The translations under genes were made by a program, and so were the position numbers. Under the pieces are notes generated by a model, which ran no database searches, was not told where the DNA came from, and saw only the letters and a program-made list of their open reading frames with translations. Below, in pieces: positions 6,644 to 14,572 of a stretch of DNA of 24,000 nucleotides (position 1 is the stretch's first letter; each line of letters opens with the position of its first letter). Source of the stretch: Streptomyces phage Marav; sequence record OQ995441.1; one strand, 5' to 3'.

Positions 6644-8746
6644 GTGACCACCGTTCCCTTTGGCCCGACCGGCGAGCTCGTCTACAACCGCACCTACTCC
6701 CGCACGCTGGCCGATGGCTCGAAGGAGACCTGGCCCGACACCGTCCGTCGCGTCGCCTTCGGCAACCTCGCCCTCGTCCACGGCTCCGACGTCGGAACCT
6801 GGAGCGACGAAGCCCTCGACGAGTTCGAGGAGCTGGTCAAGTTCATGGACGCCTTCGCCATCATCCCGGCCGGCCGGCACCTGTGGGCCACGGGCGTGAA
6901 GGGCCGCCAGTACCTCTTCAACTGCCACGTCGCCCCGTGGGGCGAGAAGCTGTCCCGGCACTTCGAGTTCACCTTCATGCGCCTGATGGAAGGCGGCGGG
7001 GTCGGCGGCAACTACAGCTCCAGCTACCTCCGCGAGTACGGCGCCCCGCGCCGCGTGCTCGACGTCCACATCGTGTGCGACCCGATGCACCAGGACTACG
7101 CCGAGATGAAGGCCGCGGGCCTGCTCTCCGAGCAGTACGACTCGGACTGGGCCGGCGCCTTCGAGGTCGAGGACTCCCGCGAGGGCTGGGCCGCCGCGCT
7201 CGTCGACCTGATCGACACCTTCATGACCGACACGCCGGTCAAGCACCGCTCCCGCGTCTACGACGTGTCCCGCGTCCGCTGCAAGGGCTCGCGGCTGAAG
7301 ACCTTCGGCGGCACGGCAAGCGGTCCGGGACCCTTCGCCCGGATGCTCCAGGAGGTCGCCGAGGTTCTGAACCGCGCAGTCGGTGAGCGGCACGTCGAGG
7401 TCGACGACGACTTCGGCTACGGCTACGAGCACCTGACCCCCGTCGAGGCGATGGAGATCGACCACGCCATCGCGGAGTGCGTCGTCTCGGGCGGCGTCCG
7501 CCGCTCGGCCCGCATGGCGATCTGCCGCTGGGACGACCCGTTCATCCACGACTTCCTCACGGCCAAGCTGGACGGCTCGAAGCACTGGACGACGAACATC
7601 TCGGTCGAGATCGACGACGCCTTCATCAAGGCGCTCACCGACCAGAGCGACCGCGAGGCGCACGTCGAGGCGACCGCCGTGCACGAGGCCGTGGTGCAGG
7701 GGATGCTCACCAACGGCGAGCCCGGCTACTGGAACAGCTCGTACAGCAACGTCGGCGAGGTCAACCCGGTCATCGCGACCAACCCGTGCGGCGAGATCGC
7801 GCTGCCCGAGACGGGCGCGTGCGTGCTCGGCCACGTCAACCTCGACTACTTCGCACCGAAGGAGAAGGGCGGCCGGCCCGACTTCAAGGGCCTGTACCGG
7901 GCGCACGAGCTGATGACCAGGTTCCTGATCCGGGCCACCTACGGCGACATGACCGACGACCAGCAGCGGGAGGTGATGCACAGCGAGCGGCGCGTCGGCG
8001 TCGGCCACCTCGGAGTGCAGGGCTACCTCGCCAAGATCGGCATCCGCTACTCGAACGCCCCTTACAACGGCGCCTTCCGGTCCCTGCTGAACAACCTGTC
8101 GGACACCGTCCGGGACGAGGCCCGCGCGTACGCCTTCCAGCTCCGCATCCCGGAGCCCGTGAAGGTCACCACCGTGGCGCCGACCGGCTCGATCGCGAAG
8201 CTCCCTGGAGTGAGCGAGGGCATCCACCCGATCTACGCCCGGTACTTCCTGCGCCGCGTCCGGTTCTCCATGACCGACCCGGCCCAGGCCGCGACCGTGC
8301 AGGAGGCGGTGAACGCCGGCCACCTGGTCGAGAAGTGCATCTACGACCAGTCCGGCAACACGATGGTCGTGGCCTACCCGACCAAGGAGAAGCTGGTCGC
8401 CGAGGTTGAGGCCCTGGGCTACGACCCGGCCATCGTGGAGAGTGCCGACGAGATCTCGCTCGACTCGATGCTCGCCTTCCAGGCCATGTACCAGGAGGAG
8501 TACGCCGACAACGCGGTCTCCTTCACGGTGAACTTCCCGGAGGGCAAGCTGAGCCTCGACGAGGCCGCCGACACGATCATGCGCTGGCTGCCGGACCTCA
8601 AGGGCACCACGCTGATGCCTGACGGCACCCGCGAGCAGGCTCCGTACGAGCGGCTGACCGCGGAGCAGTTCGCCGAGTACGAGGTGACGTCCGTGGAGGA
8701 CGGAACCGACGAGGACTGCGCGACCGGAGCGTGCCCGGTGCGTTGA
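6644..8746 (+). CDS. nrdJ: adenosylcobalamin-dependent class II ribonucleotide reductase
   Basis: FNCHVAPWG, NPCGEIALPETGACVLGHVNL, APTGSIAKLPGVSEGIHP, C-terminal redox pair CATGACPVR; AGGAGG RBS upstream. Confidence 0.92.
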   Translation: MTTVPFGPTGELVYNRTYSRTLADGSKETWPDTVRRVAFGNLALVHGSDVGTWSDEALDEFEELVKFMDAFAIIPAGRHLWATGVKGRQYLFNCHVAPWGEKLSRHFEFTFMRLMEGGGVGGNYSSSYLREYGAPRRVLDVHIVCDPMHQDYAEMKAAGLLSEQYDSDWAGAFEVEDSREGWAAALVDLIDTFMTDTPVKHRSRVYDVSRVRCKGSRLKTFGGTASGPGPFARMLQEVAEVLNRAVGERHVEVDDDFGYGYEHLTPVEAMEIDHAIAECVVSGGVRRSARMAICRWDDPFIHDFLTAKLDGSKHWTTNISVEIDDAFIKALTDQSDREAHVEATAVHEAVVQGMLTNGEPGYWNSSYSNVGEVNPVIATNPCGEIALPETGACVLGHVNLDYFAPKEKGGRPDFKGLYRAHELMTRFLIRATYGDMTDDQQREVMHSERRVGVGHLGVQGYLAKIGIRYSNAPYNGAFRSLLNNLSDTVRDEARAYAFQLRIPEPVKVTTVAPTGSIAKLPGVSEGIHPIYARYFLRRVRFSMTDPAQAATVQEAVNAGHLVEKCIYDQSGNTMVVAYPTKEKLVAEVEALGYDPAIVESADEISLDSMLAFQAMYQEEYADNAVSFTVNFPEGKLSLDEAADTIMRWLPDLKGTTLMPDGTREQAPYERLTAEQFAEYEVTSVEDGTDEDCATGACPVR

Positions 8747-8753
8747 TCCGCCC

Positions 8754-8794
8754 CAGAGAAGCCCCCTACGCCTCGTGTGTGGGGGGCTTCTCTG
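8754..8794 (+). terminator. bidirectional terminator-type hairpin between convergent genes
   Basis: CAGAGAAGCCCCC...GGGGGGCTTCTCTG long perfect stem between nrdJ and the - strand GntR-like gene. Confidence 0.75.
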
Positions 8795-9023
8795 CGTCTC
8801 GGGCGTAGGTGCCCATCCCAGGCTCCGCCCAGAGTGTTCCGTCCTCGATCAGGGCCACCAGAGCCTTCCGCATGGTGCTGGTCGACACGTCAAACTCAGC
8901 GGCGAGCGTCACGGTGCTCGGGATCGCCTCGCCGGCCGCGTAGGTGCCGTCGTCGACTCGCTTGCGGATGATCTCCGCCACCTGGCGCCACACGGAGCGC
9001 CTGCGGTCCAGCTCGATGGTCAT
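8766..9023 (-). CDS. GntR-family transcriptional regulator (winged HTH only)
   Basis: VWRQVAEIIRKRVDDGTYAAGEAIPSTVTLAAEFDVSTSTMRKALVALIEDGTLWAEPGMGTYA. Confidence 0.88.
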   Translation of the reverse strand: MTIELDRRRSVWRQVAEIIRKRVDDGTYAAGEAIPSTVTLAAEFDVSTSTMRKALVALIEDGTLWAEPGMGTYARDAEKPPTHEA

Positions 9024-9071
9024 GATCGGACCGTACGAGAGCGCACCATGCCCCGCGACCGGTGAATTGCG

Positions 9072-9109
9072 CGCTACGGGTCGCTACGGTGCACCTTGGT
9101 GCGCTACGG
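9072..9109 (+). promoter_or_regulatory. phased operator cluster
   Basis: CGCTACGG at 9072, 9082 and 9102 (10/20 bp spacing) plus perfect dyad GCACC-TT-GGTGC (9091-9102). Confidence 0.65.
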
Positions 9110-9116
9110 TTGTCAC

Positions 9117-9272
9117 ATGGAGCAGACGTGTGATTACTGTCTGGAAAAGAAGGCAGACGTGCAGATCGTGAGCTGCACGGAGAGGAATTCAGGGCCGCCG
9201 GCTGTCGTGCGGGCCTGTCAGTTGTGCATGAACGTTCACGGGATGGTGCCGTGGATGCCCGAGAGCGTCTGA
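9117..9272 (+). CDS. small zinc-ribbon protein (51 aa), possibly leaderless
   Basis: MEQTCDYCLEKKADVQIVSCTERNSGPPAVVRACQLCMNVHGMVPWMPESV*; two CxxC pairs; TACGGT 7 nt upstream of ATG. Confidence 0.65.
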   Translation: MEQTCDYCLEKKADVQIVSCTERNSGPPAVVRACQLCMNVHGMVPWMPESV

Positions 9273-9457
9273 AGACCTGGTATCCGGGGACGAAGGTCGC
9301 CGATGCGGCCCCGGAGTGCCAGTTCGAGGTTCACGACTTCTGTACGGGGAACGCGGACCTCACAGTGCACGGCGTGACGTACGAATCCAGGCGATGCGCC
9401 TGCTCCTGCCACCCGCGAGGTGTCCGCCGAGTCGAGTGGACGAAGCTCGCGCGATGA
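9251..9457 (+). CDS. small cysteine-containing protein
   Basis: Part of ORF 9224..9457: ERLKTWYPGTKVADAAPECQFEVHDFCTGNADLTVHGVTYESRRCACSCH; start ambiguous. Confidence 0.55.
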   Translation: MDARERLKTWYPGTKVADAAPECQFEVHDFCTGNADLTVHGVTYESRRCACSCHPRGVRRVEWTKLAR

Positions 9458-9461
9458 GACC

Positions 9462-9512
9462 GGCCCCCAGCTCTCCTCTCCCCCCGTGGGGAGGCTGGGG
9501 GCCTCTTTTTTT
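9462..9512 (+). terminator. rho-independent terminator
   Basis: GGCCCCCAG...CTGGGGGCC stem with internal GC pairing followed by TCTTTTTTT. Confidence 0.88.
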
Positions 9513-9565
9513 GCCTGCATGGGCCGGGCGGAGCATGTACCCTCAAGCTGTAACAGCCGAACGAG

Positions 9566-9585
9566 CGGTACACCTTGGGGGTACC
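9566..9585 (+). promoter_or_regulatory. operator-like dyad before integrase gene
   Basis: CGGTACACCTTGGGGGTACC; 12/13 identical to CGGTGCACCTTGG at 9087-9099. Confidence 0.6.
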
Positions 9586-11016
9586 ATGCATCTCATGCAA
9601 AATCGCGGGTCAGGGCCGGTAGTCCGGGCCGACATCTACGTCCGCATCAGCCAGGATCTCACAGGCGACGAGCTCGGCGTCCAGCGGCAGGAAGACGAGT
9701 GCCGGAAGCTGGCGGCCCAGCTCGGCATGGAGATCCGGCACGTCTGGGTCGACAACGACCTCAGCGCCACGAAGAAGGACGTCGTCCGCCCCGACTTCGA
9801 GGCCATGCTCCAGAGCAAGCCCGAGGCGATCATCTGCTGGCACACCGACCGGCTCATCCGCGTCACGCGGGACCTGGAGCGGGTGATCGACCTCGGGGTC
9901 AACGTCCACGCCGTCATGGCCGGACACCTGGACCTCTCCACGCCGGCCGGCCGAGCTGTCGCCCGCACGGTGACGGCCTGGGCCACCTACGAGGGTGAGC
10001 AGAAGGCCGAACGGCAGAAGCTCGCCAACCTCCAGGCCGCCCGGCAGGGTCGCCCGTACACGGCCGGCATCCGGCCCTTCGGGTACGCGGACGACCACAT
10101 GACGATCATCGCCGAGGAGGCTGCGGCCATCGTCGAGGGCGCCAACATGATCCTCGCCGGGGAGTCTCTGTCCGCCGTCGCGCGGAAGTGGACGGAGTCA
10201 GGGCTCCAGTCGCCGCGGAGCAAGGTCCGAGGCGCCAAGGCGTGGACCCTGCGCGGGGTGAAGAAGGTGCTGACGTCCCCCCGCTACATCGGGCAGTCCA
10301 CCTACCACGGCGAGGTGATGGGCGAGGGTCAGTGGCCCCCGATCCTCGACCCGGAGGTGCACTACGGTGTCGTCGCCATCCTGAACAACCCGGAGCGCTT
10401 CTCGGGCGGTCGCCGGACCGGCCGGACGCCGGGAACCCTGCTCGCCGGCATCGGACAGTGCGGGTACGACGGCTGCACCGACACCGTCAACGGTCGGGGC
10501 TACCGGGGCGTCCCGGTGTACGGTTGCTCCCTCACGCATACGCGCACGCCTCGCAGCATCGCCGACGACCGTGCGAGCAAGGCAACTCTGGCCCGGCTGA
10601 TGTTCCCGGACTTCCTCGGCCAGATCCTGGAGAGTCAGAACGCCCAGGATGGCCGCTCAGGGGCCCAGCTCCAGTCCCAGGCACAGGAACTCCGGGAACG
10701 CCTCGACGGGCTGGCAGTGGCGTACGCAGAGGGCACGATCAGCCTGTCTCAGATGACCGCTGGGTCGGCGGCGCTCCAGAAGAAGCTCGAAGCCATCGAG
10801 TCGGAGCTCGTCAGCACGGCCGGCATCCCCCCGCTCGACCCGGTGAAGGGTGTGGCCGGCCTGATCGAGGGCTGGCCGTCTCTGCCCCTGCCGACGAAGC
10901 GGGCATGGGTGGACTTCTGCTGCATCGTCACCCTGAACCCGGCCCGCGGCCGGCACATGTCCTCCATGTCTGTCGATGATCACGTCACGATCGAGTGGCG
11001 GGATGTGAGCGAGTAG
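9586..11016 (+). CDS. int: large serine recombinase / phage integrase
   Basis: RADIYVRISQD catalytic Ser, GVQRQEDEC, WVDNDLSATK, RPDFEAML, WHTDRLIRVTRDLE; recombinase-domain segment GIRPFGY; start chosen at ATG 9586. Confidence 0.93.
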   Translation: MHLMQNRGSGPVVRADIYVRISQDLTGDELGVQRQEDECRKLAAQLGMEIRHVWVDNDLSATKKDVVRPDFEAMLQSKPEAIICWHTDRLIRVTRDLERVIDLGVNVHAVMAGHLDLSTPAGRAVARTVTAWATYEGEQKAERQKLANLQAARQGRPYTAGIRPFGYADDHMTIIAEEAAAIVEGANMILAGESLSAVARKWTESGLQSPRSKVRGAKAWTLRGVKKVLTSPRYIGQSTYHGEVMGEGQWPPILDPEVHYGVVAILNNPERFSGGRRTGRTPGTLLAGIGQCGYDGCTDTVNGRGYRGVPVYGCSLTHTRTPRSIADDRASKATLARLMFPDFLGQILESQNAQDGRSGAQLQSQAQELRERLDGLAVAYAEGTISLSQMTAGSAALQKKLEAIESELVSTAGIPPLDPVKGVAGLIEGWPSLPLPTKRAWVDFCCIVTLNPARGRHMSSMSVDDHVTIEWRDVSE

Positions 11017-11029
11017 CGGATACGACGAA

Positions 11030-11062
11030 GCCCCGGCTACCCCCTTTCGGGGGTACCGGGGC
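11030..11062 (+). terminator. bidirectional hairpin terminator
   Basis: GCCCCGGCTACCCCCTTTCGGGGGTACCGGGGC between the convergent integrase and 11069..11257 genes. Confidence 0.8.
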
Positions 11063-11068
11063 CTTGTC

Positions 11069-11257
11069 TCAGTTGTGGTGACCGCTCTCCATCTGCTCGA
11101 TGATCTCCAGGGCCTCCTCGTACCTGCTCGCCTCCTGCATCAGGAGGAGGCGGAGGTCGGCGAGCTTGGCTCGGGCCCACTTCGGGAGCCGGGCCTCTCT
11201 CTCGGAGCTCATCAGCGTCGGGTACCGCTCGATCAGGTACTCAGGCCGGGAAGTCAC
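11069..11257 (-). CDS. hypothetical protein (62 aa)
   Basis: ORF with 4-nt overlap to thyX. Confidence 0.7.
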   Translation of the reverse strand: MTSRPEYLIERYPTLMSSEREARLPKWARAKLADLRLLLMQEASRYEEALEIIEQMESGHHN

Positions 11258-11967
11258 GGGGCGACCCGACCGTTGCGGTTGAACGCGCCGTACGTGATGG
11301 GCATCCGCTCAGCGAGGAGGTCTTCCATCTTCTCAGCGACCATCTCGATCTCGCGCTGCGGGAAGGACGGGAAGGTGGCCACCGAGCTCTTGGTGCGGAG
11401 CCCGAGGTAGTGCATCAGGCTGCGGGCGTTGCAGGTGGCGTAGTAGGAGGTGAAGATCCCGACCGGGAGCGCCATGCGGGCCACCTCGCGGGCGACGTCG
11501 TTGCGGAGCATCGCCTCGTACGCCTCGTAGGCGTCCACGTACGCCGACTTCAGCGTCTCGCGGGTCCAGAGCCGCTGGACGGCCGAGCCCTGCTCGAACT
11601 CGTACGCTCCAGGCTTGCCGACCTGCTTCAGGGGGCGGTCGGGCGCCGGCACGTAGAAGACGGGGCGGAGCTCCTTGTACCGGCCGCTCTCCTCGTTGTA
11701 GCTCCAGCCGGCGCGGTGACGCATCTGCTCGCGCGCCACGAACAGCGGCGCCTCGACGTAGAAGGTGAACGTGACGTGCTCGAAGGGGCTGCCGTGCCGG
11801 TCCCGCATCAGGTAGTTGATCAGGCCCTGGTCCTTGGTCAGGTCGACCACTCGTTCGTGCGAGCCGCCGATCGTGGAGACTCGGGCCGCCGTGGCGACGT
11901 CGGAGTCAGTGGCGTCGGACTTGACGAGCTCGACGGTGACGTCATCGCGGAAGGTGTACTCGGTCAC
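11254..11967 (-). CDS. thyX: flavin-dependent thymidylate synthase ThyX
   Basis: FVAREQMRHRAGWSYNEESGRY signature, HGSPFEHVTFTFYVEAP, NARSLMHYLGLR. Confidence 0.95.
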   Translation of the reverse strand: MTEYTFRDDVTVELVKSDATDSDVATAARVSTIGGSHERVVDLTKDQGLINYLMRDRHGSPFEHVTFTFYVEAPLFVAREQMRHRAGWSYNEESGRYKELRPVFYVPAPDRPLKQVGKPGAYEFEQGSAVQRLWTRETLKSAYVDAYEAYEAMLRNDVAREVARMALPVGIFTSYYATCNARSLMHYLGLRTKSSVATFPSFPQREIEMVAEKMEDLLAERMPITYGAFNRNGRVAP

Positions 11968-12236
11968 GGGGTGGGGGTCTCCTCTTCTCGAAGCTGTCGT
12001 TCGTGGATGATCGGGGCGCCGGTCTCCCAGGCCAGGCCCTCCAGTTCGGCGAGCATCCGCCAGGCGAGGGCGCTCTTGCCGAGGCCGGTCCGGTAGATGG
12101 CGGCCGGCCTTCGGCCCTTGAGCAGGTGGATCAGGCGGAACGGGATGACGTTCTCGGGCTTGACCTCGGGGAAGAGGCGCTTCTGGTGGTAGCCGTAGAC
12201 GATGGCGATGGGTTCCGTGTTGTGCGCCACTTTCAC
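11964..12236 (-). CDS. hypothetical protein (90 aa)
   Basis: Real part of ORF 11964..12542 from GTG 12236 in GTGA overlap: VKVAHNTEPIAIVYGYHQKRLFPEVKPENVIPFRLIHLL... Confidence 0.7.
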   Translation of the reverse strand: MKVAHNTEPIAIVYGYHQKRLFPEVKPENVIPFRLIHLLKGRRPAAIYRTGLGKSALAWRMLAELEGLAWETGAPIIHERQLREEETPTP

Positions 12237-12237
12237 A
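12224..12237 (-). promoter_or_regulatory. variant TGTGAAAGTGGCGC motif
   Basis: One mismatch to TGTGAAAGTGTCGC (19576-19589); overlaps a start codon. Confidence 0.35.
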
Positions 12238-12553
12238 CCTCGCCCAGGATCGTCAGGGCCTCGTTCAGCGCGGCCCGCAGCCGCTTGACCTCGTCGCCCA
12301 GGCGCACTGCCTCGTACCCGGAGGAGCAGTGCCCGGCCCGGCAGATGTCGACCTCGTTCTTCAGTGCGTGGATCTCGTCGACCAGGCCGGCCGGCTGCGG
12401 GGTCGGCTCGGAGACGATGCGCTTCAGCGCGTCCATCGGGCTCTCGAACACCAGCGACTCGGCCTTGATCGCCTCGACGTTGACCTCGCCGGCACGCCTG
12501 GACTCCTCGGCGATGCGCTGGCCTTCCTCGATCCAGTCCCATCCGTTCGCCAC
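12233..12553 (-). CDS. hypothetical protein (106 aa)
   Basis: GTG 12553 after GAGAGGAG RBS; VANGWDWIEEGQRIAEESRRAGEVNVEAIKAESLVF... Confidence 0.7.
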   Translation of the reverse strand: MANGWDWIEEGQRIAEESRRAGEVNVEAIKAESLVFESPMDALKRIVSEPTPQPAGLVDEIHALKNEVDICRAGHCSSGYEAVRLGDEVKRLRAALNEALTILGEV

Positions 12554-12705
12554 TACTTCGACTCCTCTCGCTTGGTCTTGATCACGTTCTGCTTCGGGCA
12601 GCACAGGAACTCTCGGTGCCCCCGCTCGGGGCAGGTGCCAAGCACCGTGCGGATGCTGTCCCCGCACTCACACACCCCCCGCGGCTTGATCCAGCGCCGG
12701 CTCAC
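12553..12705 (-). CDS. small cysteine-rich (zinc-ribbon-like) protein (50 aa)
   Basis: VSRRWIKPRGVCECGDSIRTVLGTCPERGHREFLCCPKQNVIKTKREESK*; GTGA overlap upstream, 1-nt overlap downstream. Confidence 0.65.
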   Translation of the reverse strand: MSRRWIKPRGVCECGDSIRTVLGTCPERGHREFLCCPKQNVIKTKREESK

Positions 12706-12947
12706 CACGCCGGGCTCTCCTTGAACATCCGGCTCTCGAACGAGCTGCGGTTCTCCGACGTCAGGTGCCAGCCGCCGAACTCGCAGTCGTAGACGCGGTG
12801 CTCGATCTTCATGCCGCGCCTGGTGCCGATGGCCTGCCCCCTCCGGGCTCGCTTGGCCTGGGCCTTGCCGAGCGCCTTCTCGGCGTTGCTCCGGGTCATG
12901 AAGTCCCGCTTCATACCGCACTTGCACGGCTTCCAGTCGGCGCTCAC
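12702..12947 (-). CDS. small cysteine-containing protein (81 aa)
   Basis: VSADWKPCKCGMKRDFMTRSNAEKALGKAQAKRARRGQ...YDCEFGGWHLTSENRSSF; GTGA overlap. Confidence 0.7.
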   Translation of the reverse strand: MSADWKPCKCGMKRDFMTRSNAEKALGKAQAKRARRGQAIGTRRGMKIEHRVYDCEFGGWHLTSENRSSFESRMFKESPAW

Positions 12948-13447
12948 AGCTCGTTGACTCCCTTCGCTCCGCCCTTCTTGGCGGTCGTCTTCTTCTTGGC
13001 CTTCAGGGACGGGTCGTCCTTCACGAACTTCGTGCACGAGCAGTCCACTCGGTGGCACTTGCCGCGGCTCGACCCGTCGATCGCGTGGTTGAAGGGGGCG
13101 TGCCCGCACTCGGGGTTCCAGCAGTAGCCGGGCCAGCCGTCCTTCTTGCCGTCGTGGTTGGCGAGGAGGATTCCGGAGGACGTCAGCGGCACGATGCGGC
13201 CGGTGCCTCCGAAGCTCATCTTCTTGGCGAAGCTCTCCGCTTCAGCGACGGCGCCAAAGGGGCCCATGTTCAGCCCCTTCGATCCGTCCGCCCAGGTGTG
13301 GACCAGCACGAACAGGTCCCGCATCTGGAGCATGTCCCCGACCTCCTTGATGACCGCCTTGGCCATCTGCTCGGGGCTGTCGAACGTCGGGTCTTCGAGG
13401 ATGTCGACGATCTTCTTGACCTCGTAGGCCCTCGGGGTGATCCTCAC
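12944..13447 (-). CDS. putative zinc-binding hypothetical protein (167 aa)
   Basis: VRITPRAYEVKKIVDILEDPTFDSPEQMAKAV...YCWNPECGHAPFNHAIDGSSRGKCHRVDCSCTKF; GTGA overlap. Confidence 0.75.
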   Translation of the reverse strand: MRITPRAYEVKKIVDILEDPTFDSPEQMAKAVIKEVGDMLQMRDLFVLVHTWADGSKGLNMGPFGAVAEAESFAKKMSFGGTGRIVPLTSSGILLANHDGKKDGWPGYCWNPECGHAPFNHAIDGSSRGKCHRVDCSCTKFVKDDPSLKAKKKTTAKKGGAKGVNEL

Positions 13448-13647
13448 GGACGCTCGTCCTCCGGAACGTCCTCGGGCTCGACGACCTTGAACCAGGAGTC
13501 GACGTAGTTCCAGACGTCGTCTTCGAGGATCTGAAGGGCCTCCTTCTCGTCCTTGCCCTCCGGGTCGAAGTCGTCGGGGACTTCGTGGTAGGCCCGCCTC
13601 TCGGTGTTGATGTACGGGCCGGACACCTCGGTCATCAGGTACTTCAC
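13444..13647 (-). CDS. hypothetical protein (67 aa)
   Basis: Tightly coupled ORF. Confidence 0.7.
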   Translation of the reverse strand: MKYLMTEVSGPYINTERRAYHEVPDDFDPEGKDEKEALQILEDDVWNYVDSWFKVVEPEDVPEDERP

Positions 13648-13871
13648 TGGCCGGCCTCGACCTTCTTGATCTCGTCCGCCGTGAAGGGGAAGTGCGCGTC
13701 ACCGAAGAGGACGTAGACGAAGGTCGTCCCGCCGTCGAGGTGGAAGTGCGTGATCTTGCCGCGCTCACCCTTCTCGGCGACGAAGTCCCACTCGTCGGTG
13801 ATCATCTCGACCGTGTCTCCGGGGGCCAGGCCCAGCTTCTCGCCGAGCTCGGGGTTGGTGACCTCGTTCAC
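13644..13871 (-). CDS. hypothetical protein (75 aa)
   Basis: Real start GTG 13871 (VNEVTNPELGEKLGLAPGDTVEMITDEWDFV...); the upstream part of the listed ORF translates the ribozyme. Confidence 0.75.
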   Translation of the reverse strand: MNEVTNPELGEKLGLAPGDTVEMITDEWDFVAEKGERGKITHFHLDGGTTFVYVLFGDAHFPFTADEIKKVEAGQ

Positions 13872-13895
13872 TGTGTGGCTCCTCTCGTCTGGCCT

Positions 13896-13953
13896 GCCGT
13901 CGTCAGGACGGGGGCGGCCACTCCCCCGCCGACCTCCCTCCGGAGGTTTCGGC
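13896..13953 (-). ncRNA. type II hammerhead ribozyme candidate HHR-A
   Basis: GCC-GAAA-CCTCCGGAGGGAGG-TC-GGCGGGGG...CCCCCGTC-CTGACGA-(C)GGC. Confidence 0.8.
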
Positions 13954-13969
13954 TGATTCACTTACACAC

Positions 13970-14374
13970 TCAGGCGTCGAGACGCTTCAGGTGGCGGGGA
14001 CCGACGAACTGGAGGATGCCCTCGTCCGAGGTGACGAGGATGTCCCCGTCGATGTCGGCCGAGGCGGTCACGGTGGCCTCGGTCTCACCCTCGAAGAACA
14101 CCTCGCCGTCGTGGGCGGTCTTCGCGTCGGCCAGGACGAGCACTCTGTCCCCCGGCCGGTAGTTCAGGCCCGCCAGCTCGGCCAGCTCGGAGAGGAGGGA
14201 CCCGAGGTCGCCGTGCGACTCTTCCCAGTGGTCGGTGCGGGCCTCGTCGAACGCGGCGTAGTGGGTGTCCGCCTTCAGCTCGCCCTCGTCGTCGAAGAAG
14301 TCGCCGATCGCGTCCTCGCGGGCCTTGTACGCCTTGGTGTAGCGCTCGATCAGGTCCTTCAGCGTCTCGCTCAC
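13970..14374 (-). CDS. hypothetical protein (134 aa)
   Basis: Coherent ORF, acidic; SETLKDLIERYTKAYKAREDAIGDFFDDEG... Confidence 0.75.
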   Translation of the reverse strand: MSETLKDLIERYTKAYKAREDAIGDFFDDEGELKADTHYAAFDEARTDHWEESHGDLGSLLSELAELAGLNYRPGDRVLVLADAKTAHDGEVFFEGETEATVTASADIDGDILVTSDEGILQFVGPRHLKRLDA

Positions 14375-14571
14375 TTCTCAGTTCCTCTCTCGATGACCCG
14401 CGCTCCCCAGCGGCGGGTGTTGACGTAGGTGTAGACGTTCTGGGTGAGGGTCTTGTCCGTGGCGTACCAGTCCCTGCCCCACTTGAAGCGGAGCGTCCCT
14501 CGTCGGTCCTGGATCTCGATGACCGTTCCGTCCGGCAGCTCGTCGAGCTCTCGGATCGTGGTGATGCTCAA
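14371..14571 (-). CDS. hypothetical protein (66 aa)
   Basis: Likely TTG start 14571: LSITTIRELDELPDGTVIEIQDRRGTLRFKWGRDWYATDKT... Confidence 0.65.
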   Translation of the reverse strand: MSITTIRELDELPDGTVIEIQDRRGTLRFKWGRDWYATDKTLTQNVYTYVNTRRWGARVIERGTEK

Positions 14572-14572
14572 G

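Noticed and set aside
6134-8323. 729-aa ORF on the - strand opposite the RNR gene
   Set aside because: Low-complexity antisense reading frame typical of high-GC DNA; the + strand encodes a clear class II RNR.
8747-11064. attP site for the serine integrase
   Set aside because: No core could be identified without the host attB or a prophage junction; position not claimed.
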